Shown here: positions 37,473-47,692 of the stretch, piece by piece
Position numbering within the stretch: the first letter of the stretch is position 1
Layout: every line of letters begins with the position of its first letter
Origin: Candidatus Kerfeldbacteria bacterium
GTDB lineage: Bacteria; Patescibacteriota; Patescibacteriia; UBA9570; XYC2-FULL-38-9
Assembly: GCA_043813585.1 (NCBI GenBank)
Contig: JBDRKW010000006.1
Span: forward strand, 149,741-213,740
Direction: 5' to 3'
DNA length: 64,000 nt
Position numbers and translations under genes: made by a program
Notes under the pieces: generated by a model
Told to the model about the DNA's origin: nothing
The model's input: the letters and a program-made list of their open reading frames with translations, nothing else
Database searches by the model: none

Positions 37473-39299
37473 TTAGACCTCCACCACCACCGGAAGGATC
37501 ATCGGGCGGCGCTGCGTCTTCTCGAACAGGAACTGCCCGAGCTGGTCGCGCAGGCGGTCCTTGATATACATCGGGTTCGGCACGTCTCCCTTTTCTTTAG
37601 GAGTCACAATGTCGTGCACCTTCTTCTTCGCGTCTTCCACAAGGGACTTGCTGCCCTTCATGTAGATAAAGCCGCGTGAAATCACGTCCGGCTTGCCAAT
37701 CAGCTCTCCGGTCTGGCCGTCCACCGTCACAATGACGATAAACATGCCGTCCTCGGAAAGCATCTGCCTATCGCGCAGCACGATGTCAGAGACATCGCCC
37801 ACGCCCAGGCCGTCAACAAACACGTAATTTGTTGAAAGCATTTCATCGGTCAGCATCCCTTCGCCTCCGGCAAATTCCATTACCTGGCCGTTGGACACGA
37901 CAAAAATATTTTCGTCTTTCATGCCAACCTCACGCGCAACTTTCGCATTATCGCGCAGGAAATGATGGTTGCCCTCAATCGGGACGTAATACTTCGGCTG
38001 CACCATGCGGATCATGAGCTTCAGGTCTTCCTGCTGCGCGTGTCCACCGGCATGCACGTCCATCATCTGGTAGTGCACCACGTTGGCGCCCTGCCGCGCA
38101 AGCCGGTCTTTGAGGTTCTGTACCGTCCGTTCGTTGCCGGGAATCACCGATGACGAAAATACCACCGTATCGTTCTCCGAAATATTGAAGAACCGGTGCT
38201 CGCCCATCGCGATGCGCATAAGCGACGCATTCTCTTCGCCCTGCGCTCCGGTGCACACGATCAGCACTTTATGCGGAGGCAGCTTCACCGCCTCTTCAGC
38301 CGTAATAATCGTTTTACTCTGTACATCCAGGTAGCCGAGCTGTTTTGCGATGTCGACGTTCGTCTTCATGGAAAATCCTTCCAGCACGACAAATCGCTCA
38401 AGCTCCTCTGCAGCCCACAGCAGCTGCTGCACGCGGTTGAGGTTGGACGCAAACGTACCGACAATAATGCGGCCGTCCACGTCAGACATCATATCCTGCA
38501 TCGTCTTGCCGATGTAGCTTTCAGAGAGCTGCTGCCCCGGCTTTGACGCGTTTGTCGAATCAGTCAGCATCGCCATGACGCCTTCCTGCCCAATCCGCGT
38601 CAGTTTGGCGAAATCCGTCACCTGGTCGCCGATCGGCGACAGGTCGATCTTGAAGTCGCCTGTATGCAGTATGGTGCCTTCCGGCGTATGCACGACGATC
38701 GCCAGCGAATCCGGCACGCTGTGGTTCACGCGGATGAATTCCACGGTGAAATCGCCAAGCTGCAGTTTGCCGTCGATGTCCACTTCGCGCAGGTCCAGTT
38801 TCGGCTTATCGCGGTAGTCGTCCTGCCGCTTGGCAATGATGCCCAGCGTCAGCCGCGCCGAAAAGATCGGCGGGTTGTGCAGCATCGGCGCAATGTGCGG
38901 GATGCCGCCGATATGGTCGTAGTGCGCGTGGGTAATGATAATCCCGCGCACGTTCTTCTCTTTCCCCTTCAGGTAGGACATGTCGTTGATGATGTAGTCA
39001 ATGCCCGGCATCTCCTCCTCGGGAAACTGCAGTCCGCAGTCAATCAGAATAATATCGTTGCCGTATTCCAGCATCGTCATATTCCGTCCGACCTCTTCTG
39101 CGCCGCCCATCACGGCCACGCGTAATTTATTCGAGGTCTTGTTTCGCGGCCCTTTCTGCGACTTCTGCGGCTGCTTGCCGTCAGGTGCGTTCGGGGCCTT
39201 CTTCCACTTCTTTGAAAGATCACGCTGCTTGCGCTTGCCGCCGCGATGCGTTCTCTTTGTACCCGAAGTATTCTGTTTTTTCGATTCTGTCATATTCAC
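37473..39299 (-). CDS. rnj: Ribonuclease J (β-CASP metallo-β-lactamase) with a K/R-rich N-terminal extension
   Basis: HAHYDHIGG metallo-β-lactamase motif, β-CASP domain and C-terminal domain. The N-terminal roughly 60 aa are basic and low-complexity. Confidence 0.85.
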   Translation of the reverse strand: MNMTESKKQNTSGTKRTHRGGKRKQRDLSKKWKKAPNAPDGKQPQKSQKGPRNKTSNKLRVAVMGGAEEVGRNMTMLEYGNDIILIDCGLQFPEEEMPGIDYIINDMSYLKGKEKNVRGIIITHAHYDHIGGIPHIAPMLHNPPIFSARLTLGIIAKRQDDYRDKPKLDLREVDIDGKLQLGDFTVEFIRVNHSVPDSLAIVVHTPEGTILHTGDFKIDLSPIGDQVTDFAKLTRIGQEGVMAMLTDSTNASKPGQQLSESYIGKTMQDMMSDVDGRIIVGTFASNLNRVQQLLWAAEELERFVVLEGFSMKTNVDIAKQLGYLDVQSKTIITAEEAVKLPPHKVLIVCTGAQGEENASLMRIAMGEHRFFNISENDTVVFSSSVIPGNERTVQNLKDRLARQGANVVHYQMMDVHAGGHAQQEDLKLMIRMVQPKYYVPIEGNHHFLRDNAKVAREVGMKDENIFVVSNGQVMEFAGGEGMLTDEMLSTNYVFVDGLGVGDVSDIVLRDRQMLSEDGMFIVIVTVDGQTGELIGKPDVISRGFIYMKGSKSLVEDAKKKVHDIVTPKEKGDVPNPMYIKDRLRDQLGQFLFEKTQRRPMILPVVVEV

Positions 39300-39360
39300 A
39301 CAAAAAATTATTAATTAGGTAGTGTGGCAGTGAATCACCGTTCACTGCTTTGATCGAGTG

Positions 39361-39443
39361 TGCCGAAGGAGAGATTTGAACTCTCACGAGCTTGCGCCCA
39401 CAGCGACCTGAACGCTGCGTGTCTACCGTTTCACCACTTCGGC
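39361..39443 (-). tRNA. tRNA-Leu (anticodon CAG), long variable arm, no encoded CCA
   Basis: The reverse complement GCCGAAGTGGTGAAACGGTAGACACGCAGCGTTCAGGTCGCTGTGGGCGCAAGCTCGTGAGAGTTCAAATCTCTCCTTCGGCA has a class II tRNA cloverleaf, anticodon loop TTCAGGT and a GTTCAAATC T-loop. Confidence 0.8.
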
Positions 39444-39471
39444 CTGTATGCCGGTTGCCCGGCGCGCCGGG

Positions 39472-41430
39472 TTATTTCCAGCGGCGCTTGGTCTTGACGT
39501 ACCAGCGCGTGGCGCGAGCAAACCGGTCTGACGGTACGGAGATGTACTGCACCGGATTCACGCCCTGAATCTTGTCATGGATCGAATAAGAATAATGGGG
39601 ATTATACAGGAAAACCGCCTGTGCATCATCTATAATGTTTTCCTGGAACTGCTCGTACTGCGTCTTGCGCTCTTCCTCATCGTCAGTCGTGCGCGCCTCT
39701 TCCAGCAGGTCATCCACCTCCGTGTCGCGGAAAATCGACAGCGCGAACCCAGGATGGTCCTGCTGCGAGGAATGCCAGAACGGATACGGATCCGGGTCAT
39801 TGCCCACGATCTCGCCGAACAGCAGCGCTTCATAGCTGCGCGTCTTGATCACTTTGTTCTGGATGTCTTCCGGGCTGTAGAAATCGACGTTCACCTTAAA
39901 GCCTGCCTCTTCCAGGCTTTCCTGCAGAATCGACAGGGTCGTGCGGTATTCCGGAAGGTCAACGGTCGAAATCGTAAACTCCAGGATAACGCCGTCCTTC
40001 TCGCGCGGCATCATCTCCAGTGAATTGTCCTCTTCTGCATCAGCATTCTCATTGGTTGCCGGCGCTTCTTCTGCTTGCGGCTGTTCTTCTGCCGGAACCT
40101 CGCCGTTTGCGATCGCTTCACGCTTTTCCAGTACTTCTTTATTATGCTTTTTGGCTTTATCCGTCCATTCCCAGCCGGCATCCAGCAGCGTTCCCTTGGC
40201 CGCCTGCACGTTAAAGTCGCGCTTGCGGACATCGGCGTTGTACCCGAGGTACCCGGGCAGGATCGGCGCATAAATCGGCTCGCCCTGTCCGTACAGCGCT
40301 TCTTTGATGATGCGGTCGCGGTCGATCGAATACGCAATGGCATACCGGACTTCATCTTCGTGCAGGATATCGCTTTCCTTCTGGTTGAAAAACAACGCGG
40401 TATATTGCGGAATGCGCAGCGTGTATGTATTGACGCTGCTGTTTTTCTTCTCAATCGCCGCTGTTTCGCTGGCAGGATAGAACGCAAGCCCTTCAACCTT
40501 CTTGGTCTTCAGCGCTTCAACCGCAGACATCGGGTCCGAGTAAAAGATAAAGGTAATTTCATCCAGATACGGAAGGTCGCCGTAATAATCGTCATTGCGC
40601 ACAACATGGAAATCCTTGATGTTGCCGGTCTTCTCCTTGGTGAGTGACGCAAACTTGTATGGGCCGGTTCCGACCGGCTTGATGTTCAACTCGGTAAATG
40701 CAATGTTCTGCGCCGGGACGTTAAACCACAGATGCTGCGGCATAATGCCGAATGTCAACGAGGATAAAAACGGCGCGAACGGCTCGGGCAGGGTCAGTGA
40801 TACGGTATAGTCGTCCACTTTTTTCGCTTCCACGCCTTTCAGCACGGACTGCAGCGGGCTCCGGTACAGCGGATCCTGAATCGCGGCAACCGTGAACAGC
40901 ACGTCGTCCGCATCCAATGTTTCGCCGTCATGCCATTTGACGTTGTGGCGCAGGAAAAAGGTATAGGTGAGGTTATCGTCGGAAACAACGTAATTCGTAA
41001 TTAAGTCCATCTCCAGTTTCTGCTCGTCTGTCGTGCGGAACAGGCCGGAATACACCAGCGACGAAAGGTCGGAATCAACATCAGAATAGGCCGACAATAA
41101 CGGATTGATGTATTGCGGAGTCCCAACGAGCCCTTCGGTGTAGGAACCACCGTAATCCGGGCCGATCTCTGTTGCGGAGAAATACCACCGCACTCCCAAA
41201 ACGGGCAATCCAACAAGAACCAGTGCCAGCGCCGCCCAAAACAAGATGCGTTCGCGCTTCTCCATTAACCGAGTCGCGTAACGGAAATGCGCCCAGGTCG
41301 GGAACTTCCGGTCCGGGGCGGATTTAAAGACCAGCTGCTCGGGCTGTTGCGGAGGCTCTACCTCAACAGCAGCGTCCGCTGCCGCGTCTTGTTGCTTCTT
41401 GCGCGTAATAAAACCAATGGGGTTTTTCAT
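39472..41430 (-). CDS. ABC transporter substrate-binding protein, family 5 (OppA/DppA-like), membrane-anchored
   Basis: N-terminal TM anchor followed by a cluster C SBP fold of roughly 600 aa. Family assignment is by overall similarity. Confidence 0.7.
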   Translation of the reverse strand: MKNPIGFITRKKQQDAAADAAVEVEPPQQPEQLVFKSAPDRKFPTWAHFRYATRLMEKRERILFWAALALVLVGLPVLGVRWYFSATEIGPDYGGSYTEGLVGTPQYINPLLSAYSDVDSDLSSLVYSGLFRTTDEQKLEMDLITNYVVSDDNLTYTFFLRHNVKWHDGETLDADDVLFTVAAIQDPLYRSPLQSVLKGVEAKKVDDYTVSLTLPEPFAPFLSSLTFGIMPQHLWFNVPAQNIAFTELNIKPVGTGPYKFASLTKEKTGNIKDFHVVRNDDYYGDLPYLDEITFIFYSDPMSAVEALKTKKVEGLAFYPASETAAIEKKNSSVNTYTLRIPQYTALFFNQKESDILHEDEVRYAIAYSIDRDRIIKEALYGQGEPIYAPILPGYLGYNADVRKRDFNVQAAKGTLLDAGWEWTDKAKKHNKEVLEKREAIANGEVPAEEQPQAEEAPATNENADAEEDNSLEMMPREKDGVILEFTISTVDLPEYRTTLSILQESLEEAGFKVNVDFYSPEDIQNKVIKTRSYEALLFGEIVGNDPDPYPFWHSSQQDHPGFALSIFRDTEVDDLLEEARTTDDEEERKTQYEQFQENIIDDAQAVFLYNPHYSYSIHDKIQGVNPVQYISVPSDRFARATRWYVKTKRRWK

Positions 41431-41448
41431 TCAGTTCAGTAAATCCAC

Positions 41449-41664
41449 TTACAGGAACATGCGGAGAGCCGCAAGCCCCAGGAATAGTGCGGATAAAATT
41501 ATAGAAATCGTAAAAAGTCCTTTTTCAGCGCCGCGGCGCGTGCTGGCGATCGTCTCGCCGCCGCCAAATGCGGAACCGAGCCCACCACCCTTCTGCTGCA
41601 GCAATATAGCCGCAATGAGCAGGATGCCGATGATTATCTGTGCTATATCGAAAATTGAATCCAT
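41449..41664 (-). CDS. secG: Preprotein translocase subunit SecG
   Basis: 71 aa with two TM helices and a Gly-rich loop (QQKGGGLGSAFGGGE). Confidence 0.7.
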   Translation of the reverse strand: MDSIFDIAQIIIGILLIAAILLQQKGGGLGSAFGGGETIASTRRGAEKGLFTISIILSALFLGLAALRMFL

Positions 41665-41725
41665 AGGTAATTCAGAAATAGATCAAGAATACACTACCAT
41701 ACGGGTTATAATATGTCAATGCCTC

Positions 41726-43528
41726 CTATTTCTTCATCCCGCGGAACAGATACCCTTCCATTCTCTCTACTGATAACCCATCTTCATGTTTATCAAACAA
41801 TATATCAGTAAGAATGATTCGAAGTCGTACGTCCGAATCCTCACCCTCCAACGTCAGGTCTGATGAAGGAACTTTCCCGCTGTCTAAACCATTCTCGCTT
41901 ATCAATGACTCCAGCAATGCATTCAAATCAAGGACAAACACCTCATCATCATACTCCTCTAACGTAAGAGTATTCTCCTTTGGATCAAATCGTACTACAT
42001 GCGGATAAGCCACCCCAAACGCATCCTTCAGCCCTCCGGAGTCGGGCCTAACCCATTTAAACGTACTCATGGTCGTATATCCGTCCAACACATACGGATT
42101 CGGGTTTTGAATCTCATAGTGATGCCAAGTATTTTCCTCCGCATCATCATAGACAGTATCATAGTAGAGGTTTGTATCACTGTCGGAAAAACCAAGCTGC
42201 TTTAACACATGTTGCACATCAGAATCACGAGTGATCTGATTATCAAACCATGGAACAAGCTTACTGTAATCATGATACTGCGATAGATACCGCACGATCG
42301 ACCGCACTTGCGTTTTATCTTTATCAGACAACACGATATCGTCTGAAACAATCACCTTCCCGTCCACAAGCACTTCGTTATTCACCAGAATCTCTTCCAG
42401 CCGATTCAACTGGCTGCGTTCGGACAAACCGCGCGCGCCCCACGGCCCAAACGACACCACAAGAAGGAATAACCCAAGTGAGTAAAACAGCACCTTCGGA
42501 TTCTGCATCTTGCTAAAGATGTAATACAGCGCGATAACTATCAACCAAACGCCAAACGCCACAACAAAATATCGCCGTTCGGTCACGCCATAGTCAGCAA
42601 TACGTTTTTGTACGGCCCAAAACAGCATGCCGGTCATCGGCAGGATCGCCAGGTAAATCACGCGCGTCGCTTTCTTCACCCATTTCGTTCCGGCAAACCC
42701 GGCAGGGAACAGCGCCAGGCCGGCAAGCACGCCAACGCTGGAAAATCCGATGATCATATACGCAAGCACTCCTTCCGGCCACTCACCGGAGATAAGAATA
42801 TCACCAGAATAGATATACAAAATCACCATATAGACGGCGAACAACGTTAACAGAATATATTGGCCGAACATTTTTACGCTTGCGGAGTCCTTTCGTTCTT
42901 CCAGCTCCTCCTTGCCGCGCGGGATGCCTGCAAGGATATAGTGTGAAACCAGGATGCCGACAAAGAAAATCCACAAACGGAACAGGAAGTCTTCGGGATT
43001 CCAGCTCCAATTGAACAATGAACCTGCTGCCATAAGCGCAATAAGCAGTCCAAGGTACATTGCGCCAAAATAGATGCCCGCAGAAACAATGCGCAGACCA
43101 ACAATCTCGATAAACCGCCAAAAATGATCATGGTTCTTTTTCCCGACAAACGGCGCAACAAAAAATGCGCAGAGCACTGCGCTGATGAGTGTAAGAAATA
43201 GGATAGCGGTCCCACCGTTCAAGTCACCCAGAAGCATGAAGTACAGTCCGCTGGTCAGAATAAGCGCGATCGCCTGCACTGACACTGAAGTGGTGTAATC
43301 TTTGCCGCGTCCCTCCATATAGAGCGTTGCGGAAAGCATCAGCGGCACCGCAATGGCGCCTACGAGCAGCATTTTAAAAAGTATCTCTTCGGTTGTATTG
43401 GAATAGCCGTTATCCACCAGTAGCATCCCAATAACGGTCATGACGACAAGCAAGATGGAAACAAACGGAAACCGCGCGACGGCTCGTTTAACGCCTTTGC
43501 CGATCTCGGCGATAGAAGGAAACTTCAT
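41726..43528 (-). CDS. Polytopic membrane protein (about 10 TM) with a C-terminal soluble domain, unknown function
   Basis: Hydrophobicity pattern only; no catalytic motif recognised. Confidence 0.4.
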   Translation of the reverse strand: MKFPSIAEIGKGVKRAVARFPFVSILLVVMTVIGMLLVDNGYSNTTEEILFKMLLVGAIAVPLMLSATLYMEGRGKDYTTSVSVQAIALILTSGLYFMLLGDLNGGTAILFLTLISAVLCAFFVAPFVGKKNHDHFWRFIEIVGLRIVSAGIYFGAMYLGLLIALMAAGSLFNWSWNPEDFLFRLWIFFVGILVSHYILAGIPRGKEELEERKDSASVKMFGQYILLTLFAVYMVILYIYSGDILISGEWPEGVLAYMIIGFSSVGVLAGLALFPAGFAGTKWVKKATRVIYLAILPMTGMLFWAVQKRIADYGVTERRYFVVAFGVWLIVIALYYIFSKMQNPKVLFYSLGLFLLVVSFGPWGARGLSERSQLNRLEEILVNNEVLVDGKVIVSDDIVLSDKDKTQVRSIVRYLSQYHDYSKLVPWFDNQITRDSDVQHVLKQLGFSDSDTNLYYDTVYDDAEENTWHHYEIQNPNPYVLDGYTTMSTFKWVRPDSGGLKDAFGVAYPHVVRFDPKENTLTLEEYDDEVFVLDLNALLESLISENGLDSGKVPSSDLTLEGEDSDVRLRIILTDILFDKHEDGLSVERMEGYLFRGMKK

Positions 43529-43652
43529 ACTAATATATTTACTAATTTAGTGGGTATATACACCCTAGCAATACACCATAAAAAGAGCAAAAAAAGAAGC
43601 CCGTTGTTTTCCGTCCCGGGCATCAGGACGTTGCGCCTGAAGTTAGGCGCGA

Positions 43653-44408
43653 TTAGAAGTCGAGCACGACGTAGAGGCGGCCCACAATGTCGCGGCCTGT
43701 ACAGGCAGCGGAAGAACCGTCGTTGCTGCAGCGGACCTGCATCGCGCCGACCAAGGTGAAGTGGTCGCCGAACGGCACGATGACGTGCGGTCCGGCGCCG
43801 ATCGACCCACCGCTGCCGTGCCAGGCCTTGCCTGCCTCGAACTCCATGCCGATTTTCATCAACACCTGTTTGCCGCGGCGCACCGGGACGTCTACTTCCT
43901 GAAAGGTGTAGGCCACCTGCGTCGTCGCCATCCCTTCGCCCCAGAAGTGGAGCCACGGGATCGCGGTTAGCGAGTACCGCAGGTCAAACACCGGCGCGAA
44001 CGGCGTGTCCGAGTCGGGGGAAGCGAGGCCGCCGCCCATGAACTCGATCCAACCATCGGCACCTGCGAACCTGGGACCAATGAACGCGACCGCTTCGGGA
44101 GCCCCATCCAGCAGGTTCGGCTCCACGAACCAGAACGCGACACCGGGGTCAACCGCACGACTGATGCCGGTGTCTTCCGCGGCGTGGTGCATCTTGGTGC
44201 CGTGCACCACCAAACGCGCCTCAGGGCTAAAACCGAATTCCTGCGCATGCGCCTTGAGCCCCATGGAGAAGATCAATGCGAGGGTCAACACCGCCAGTGT
44301 CGGGAAGTACCGCTGGATGTAGTTGTCGTCGCGGTCCTTCATGCTGTAAACGGTTGAGATCATCGCAATGACAATCGCTGCGAGCGTGAAAAAGTGGATG
44401 ATGAACAT
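43653..44408 (-). CDS. GC-rich hypothetical secreted protein with a β-barrel-like C-terminal signature (…YVVLDF)
   Basis: About 60% GC. SD GGAGG 7 nt upstream. It has a signal-like segment ending AHA-QE, alternating hydrophobic β-pattern and a terminal Phe. Confidence 0.35.
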   Translation of the reverse strand: MFIIHFFTLAAIVIAMISTVYSMKDRDDNYIQRYFPTLAVLTLALIFSMGLKAHAQEFGFSPEARLVVHGTKMHHAAEDTGISRAVDPGVAFWFVEPNLLDGAPEAVAFIGPRFAGADGWIEFMGGGLASPDSDTPFAPVFDLRYSLTAIPWLHFWGEGMATTQVAYTFQEVDVPVRRGKQVLMKIGMEFEAGKAWHGSGGSIGAGPHVIVPFGDHFTLVGAMQVRCSNDGSSAACTGRDIVGRLYVVLDF

Positions 44409-44472
44409 TTTCGTTCCTCCTCTATTTTTCGATGTTCACATTCCCTGCCTGCGAAATCATATTGAAATCGCA

Positions 44473-44501
44473 TTGACAAAGAACCGCGCATCATATACCA
44501 T
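44473..44501 (+). promoter_or_regulatory. Sigma70-like promoter (TTGACA-17-TACCAT)
   Basis: TTGACA at 44473-44478 and TACCAT at 44496-44501. It lies inside the longer upstream ORF, so the TrmB-like gene must start downstream. Confidence 0.45.
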
Positions 44502-44577
44502 ATTTAGTGAGTGGCAAATACCACCACAGAGGAGATACTGCCGCTTTTGGCTAATATCAGCCCATTCCCCTACCCAT

Positions 44578-45354
44578 ATGTATATCGAACTGTTCCAAAA
44601 CCTCGGCCTGTCAAAAAACGAAGCGCAAATATATGAGGAACTCCTGAAACAAGGCGAAGCTTCAGTTTCCACAATTTCGAGTAAAACCAACATTAATCGC
44701 CGCAATATTTACGACGTACTCAATCGCATGATGGAAAAGGGTCTGGCAATCGCTGTTTTGCAGAAGGGTGAAACGCAGTTCAAACCGGTCGATCCGGGCA
44801 AGCTCATGGAAATACTCAAAGAAAAGGAAAGCATATTGCAGAAATCCATGCCTGACCTTGAAACGCTGTACAGGGCAACTCCGAAAGAGAATGAAGTGTA
44901 TATCTACCGCGGTCCTGAAGGGTGGAAGAATTACATGCGCGATATGCTGCGGATCGGCGAGCCGGCGTATTTCATCTCCGCAAAAGGGGGCTGGCTGGAT
45001 CAACGCGTGAAGGATTACTTCCCCACGTTTATGAAAGAAGCGCAACGCAAAAAAATGAAATTCTATCATCTTTTTGACGCGCGCGTGCCTGAAGAATGCC
45101 CGGAAATCCTGAAATATGTCACGAATAACTATAAATTCCTGCCAAAGGAATATTCAACACCGAGCGCAATCGATATTTTTGGTGATCATGTGAATGTTCT
45201 GGCCGATGTACAACTGGGCGGCCAGGAAGAAGATTTCTCTTTTACCGTGATTGTAAACCAAACAATCGCTGGTTCATTTAAGGTGTGGTTCAAGTACATG
45301 TGGGATTTTTGCCCAGACGTTAAGGGTAGCAAGCCAGGAAAACTGGCAATATAA
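44578..45354 (+). CDS. TrmB-family transcriptional regulator
   Basis: N-terminal wHTH MYIELFQNLGLSKNEAQIYEELLKQGEASVSTISSKTNINRRNIYDVLNRMMEKGL and a TrmB-type C-terminal domain. Confidence 0.65.
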   Translation: MYIELFQNLGLSKNEAQIYEELLKQGEASVSTISSKTNINRRNIYDVLNRMMEKGLAIAVLQKGETQFKPVDPGKLMEILKEKESILQKSMPDLETLYRATPKENEVYIYRGPEGWKNYMRDMLRIGEPAYFISAKGGWLDQRVKDYFPTFMKEAQRKKMKFYHLFDARVPEECPEILKYVTNNYKFLPKEYSTPSAIDIFGDHVNVLADVQLGGQEEDFSFTVIVNQTIAGSFKVWFKYMWDFCPDVKGSKPGKLAI

Positions 45355-45460
45355 ATAGGTCCATTGTTTTAGTCCCGAGCGTCAGGAACGGGATTTAAAA
45401 AAACTTGCAGAATCCCAAACGAATGCTACTCTCAACATGCGTTAATAACACATATTTCAT

Positions 45461-46282
45461 ATGAACAAACCGCAAGAAGAAACAGCCAGCTGGAACTACG
45501 CCGAACTTTGGGACAAATTTCCACCGCCGGCACGGCCATCAAAAGAAGAACTCGAATACCTGGAAAAGGAACTCCGTCCATTAGTTGCGGCAAATCCAGA
45601 TATAAAGCTGCTCATTCTGGGTTCGACCATCGAATACCGTTCACTCTGCAAAAAACTTGGAATCAAGCCGTATGTTGTTGACTTCAAAAAAGAACATTTC
45701 GACACACTGTCCGAATACGCTGACGAAAAATTCGAAGACGAACATTTTATCGAAGCCGACTGGCTACATCTGGAAGGAGAAGACACATACGACATCATCA
45801 TCGGCCACCGGCCATACAATGTGATCAGGCATGGTGAAATCGAACAGCTCTTCCGGGTTATGCATAAGGTTCTGAAACCTGGCGGCGTCTTTTACTGCAA
45901 GGGAAATATGATCAACCCGGACGCTCCGGACCGTCTTGAACAGATACGCGAACAATGGACGATGGAAGAAAACCGCGAATACCCATTATTCAGCTATATT
46001 GAAGTTGAACTCTACACGCACACCGCTGGAGAAAACGGTTACGTGGATTATCCAAAGGCACGAAAAATAATTAACGATTGGTTCGAGCAAGAGAAAATAT
46101 CCCAGGAAGATTATGACCTTGCGAAACTGCTTGTTTCAATGGATGCAGAAGCTCAATTCAGAAATGCAACAAAAGACGAAATCGATTCTGGAATAGAAGC
46201 GGCAGGTTTTTCATCATCTGAACAACTTGTTCTTGATAAAGAGATCTGCGAGAACATGCCGATTATCAAACTGACGAAATAA
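45461..46282 (+). CDS. Putative SAM-dependent methyltransferase-fold protein
   Basis: Weak motif I (LLILGSTIE) and post-I/III region VLKPGGVFY. Low confidence. Confidence 0.35.
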   Translation: MNKPQEETASWNYAELWDKFPPPARPSKEELEYLEKELRPLVAANPDIKLLILGSTIEYRSLCKKLGIKPYVVDFKKEHFDTLSEYADEKFEDEHFIEADWLHLEGEDTYDIIIGHRPYNVIRHGEIEQLFRVMHKVLKPGGVFYCKGNMINPDAPDRLEQIREQWTMEENREYPLFSYIEVELYTHTAGENGYVDYPKARKIINDWFEQEKISQEDYDLAKLLVSMDAEAQFRNATKDEIDSGIEAAGFSSSEQLVLDKEICENMPIIKLTK

Positions 46283-46283
46283 T

Positions 46284-47639
46284 ATGAAAAGGCGCATCAC
46301 AACCGAATTTTCTTCACCCAAACAATGGGAGGATGAAAAAGCCAAATACAAAAAAGGAGAACCGGTAGAAATGTATGCGCGTTACAGCTACCCGGAATTG
46401 CAAAAACGCGAAGAGGAATTTGCGGAAATGATCGGGGTACCGGATACCGCTCTGTTTAACTCTGGAATGGCCGCTATTCATACAACAATCGAAGCTGAAC
46501 AACTGCGGCCAGGCGATATCGTCATGTGCGCAAAAGAAGTGTACGGCATGACAAAAGAGGTAGTCGAAGCGTTAGCGGCAAAAGGAATAACAATCCACTA
46601 CTTTGATTCTGCAGATACTGAAGAATTTAAAAAAATGTCTGCTCAGTATCGACCGCGGCTTGTCGTTCTGGAAAGCATTGCAAACTCAAAAAACATGGAG
46701 GTCGCAAATATTGATGCACTGGCTGAAACCTGTGACAAACTAAATGAAAGCTACCAAAACGATTACACTGGGGAGGCAATCCTTTCGCGCTTCATAGAAA
46801 AAAAGGAACGATACGAAAACGTCTCTAATGAAACAAAGGGAATGCTTCAAGATGTAATTGAAGAATTCAAACGTGGGAATAACCCATTTGTATTCCGCAG
46901 CGCTATCCGCGCTCTCGAACAGGAGACGGGCCGACCGCGCCGCGAAACAATCCAAGATCTTTCAAAAATGGTGAAACACGTATTGAAACAAAGCAGAGAA
47001 AAAGTATCTCTTATAATCGACAACACACTCGCTTCCCCTGCCCTCTTCAATCCGCTATCGGAAACAGCAGGCCACGAAGTTGAAACGGTGGTTGTGGAAA
47101 GCGGTACAAAACATTTTCAGGCCGGGAAAGATAAAATTACGAGCGGTATCGCCTATTCAGATGATGAAGAGAAGATCAAAACGATAAAAAACGTACGTGC
47201 AATGATCGGCACCTACCTGCAGCCTGTTGCAGAAAAGGAAATCCCCAAAGATATTACAGAACAAATGCCGGAAATAATGGCCCGGCATGCAAAAAACGCA
47301 GTTGCTCTGGCTCAGCAGCTGGATAACACAGGAAAAATAGAAGTGTCCCATCCAAATCTACCGAAACACGAACAAAACGAACTCATTGAGACTATCGCAC
47401 CTGACGGAGCGGTAAGCCTCTTCTATATCAGAGTACCGGATGCACAAGCATTTATAAAAACGATAAAAGCAGCAGGCGGTGATTCTGTCGGAATCGGTTC
47501 TAGTTTTGGTCACGACAAAACATGGCTCTCCGATTTTGAACTCGAACCGGGGTCTGTGCGCATCGCAGTTGGCAGCGAGTCGGAAGAAGACTTCAAAAAA
47601 ACGCTTCAGATATTCGAACAGGTCCTACAGGCAATGTAG
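46284..47639 (+). CDS. PLP-dependent transsulfuration-family enzyme (cystathionine γ-synthase/lyase-like)
   Basis: FNSGMAAIHTTI and the candidate PLP-lysine region VVVESGTKHFQAG. Only 2 nt from the upstream gene, so likely an operon. Confidence 0.65.
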   Translation: MKRRITTEFSSPKQWEDEKAKYKKGEPVEMYARYSYPELQKREEEFAEMIGVPDTALFNSGMAAIHTTIEAEQLRPGDIVMCAKEVYGMTKEVVEALAAKGITIHYFDSADTEEFKKMSAQYRPRLVVLESIANSKNMEVANIDALAETCDKLNESYQNDYTGEAILSRFIEKKERYENVSNETKGMLQDVIEEFKRGNNPFVFRSAIRALEQETGRPRRETIQDLSKMVKHVLKQSREKVSLIIDNTLASPALFNPLSETAGHEVETVVVESGTKHFQAGKDKITSGIAYSDDEEKIKTIKNVRAMIGTYLQPVAEKEIPKDITEQMPEIMARHAKNAVALAQQLDNTGKIEVSHPNLPKHEQNELIETIAPDGAVSLFYIRVPDAQAFIKTIKAAGGDSVGIGSSFGHDKTWLSDFELEPGSVRIAVGSESEEDFKKTLQIFEQVLQAM

Positions 47640-47692
47640 GGGAAAAAGAATGTTGCATGTTCGGCTGTGTAATGTGTTACAATTGGTCGACT

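Noticed and set aside
44368-44577. Longer start (44368) for the TrmB-like regulator ORF
   Set aside because: A good TTGACA-17-TACCAT promoter lies inside this extension, and the extension overlaps the upstream convergent gene. The conserved HTH starts at Met 44578.
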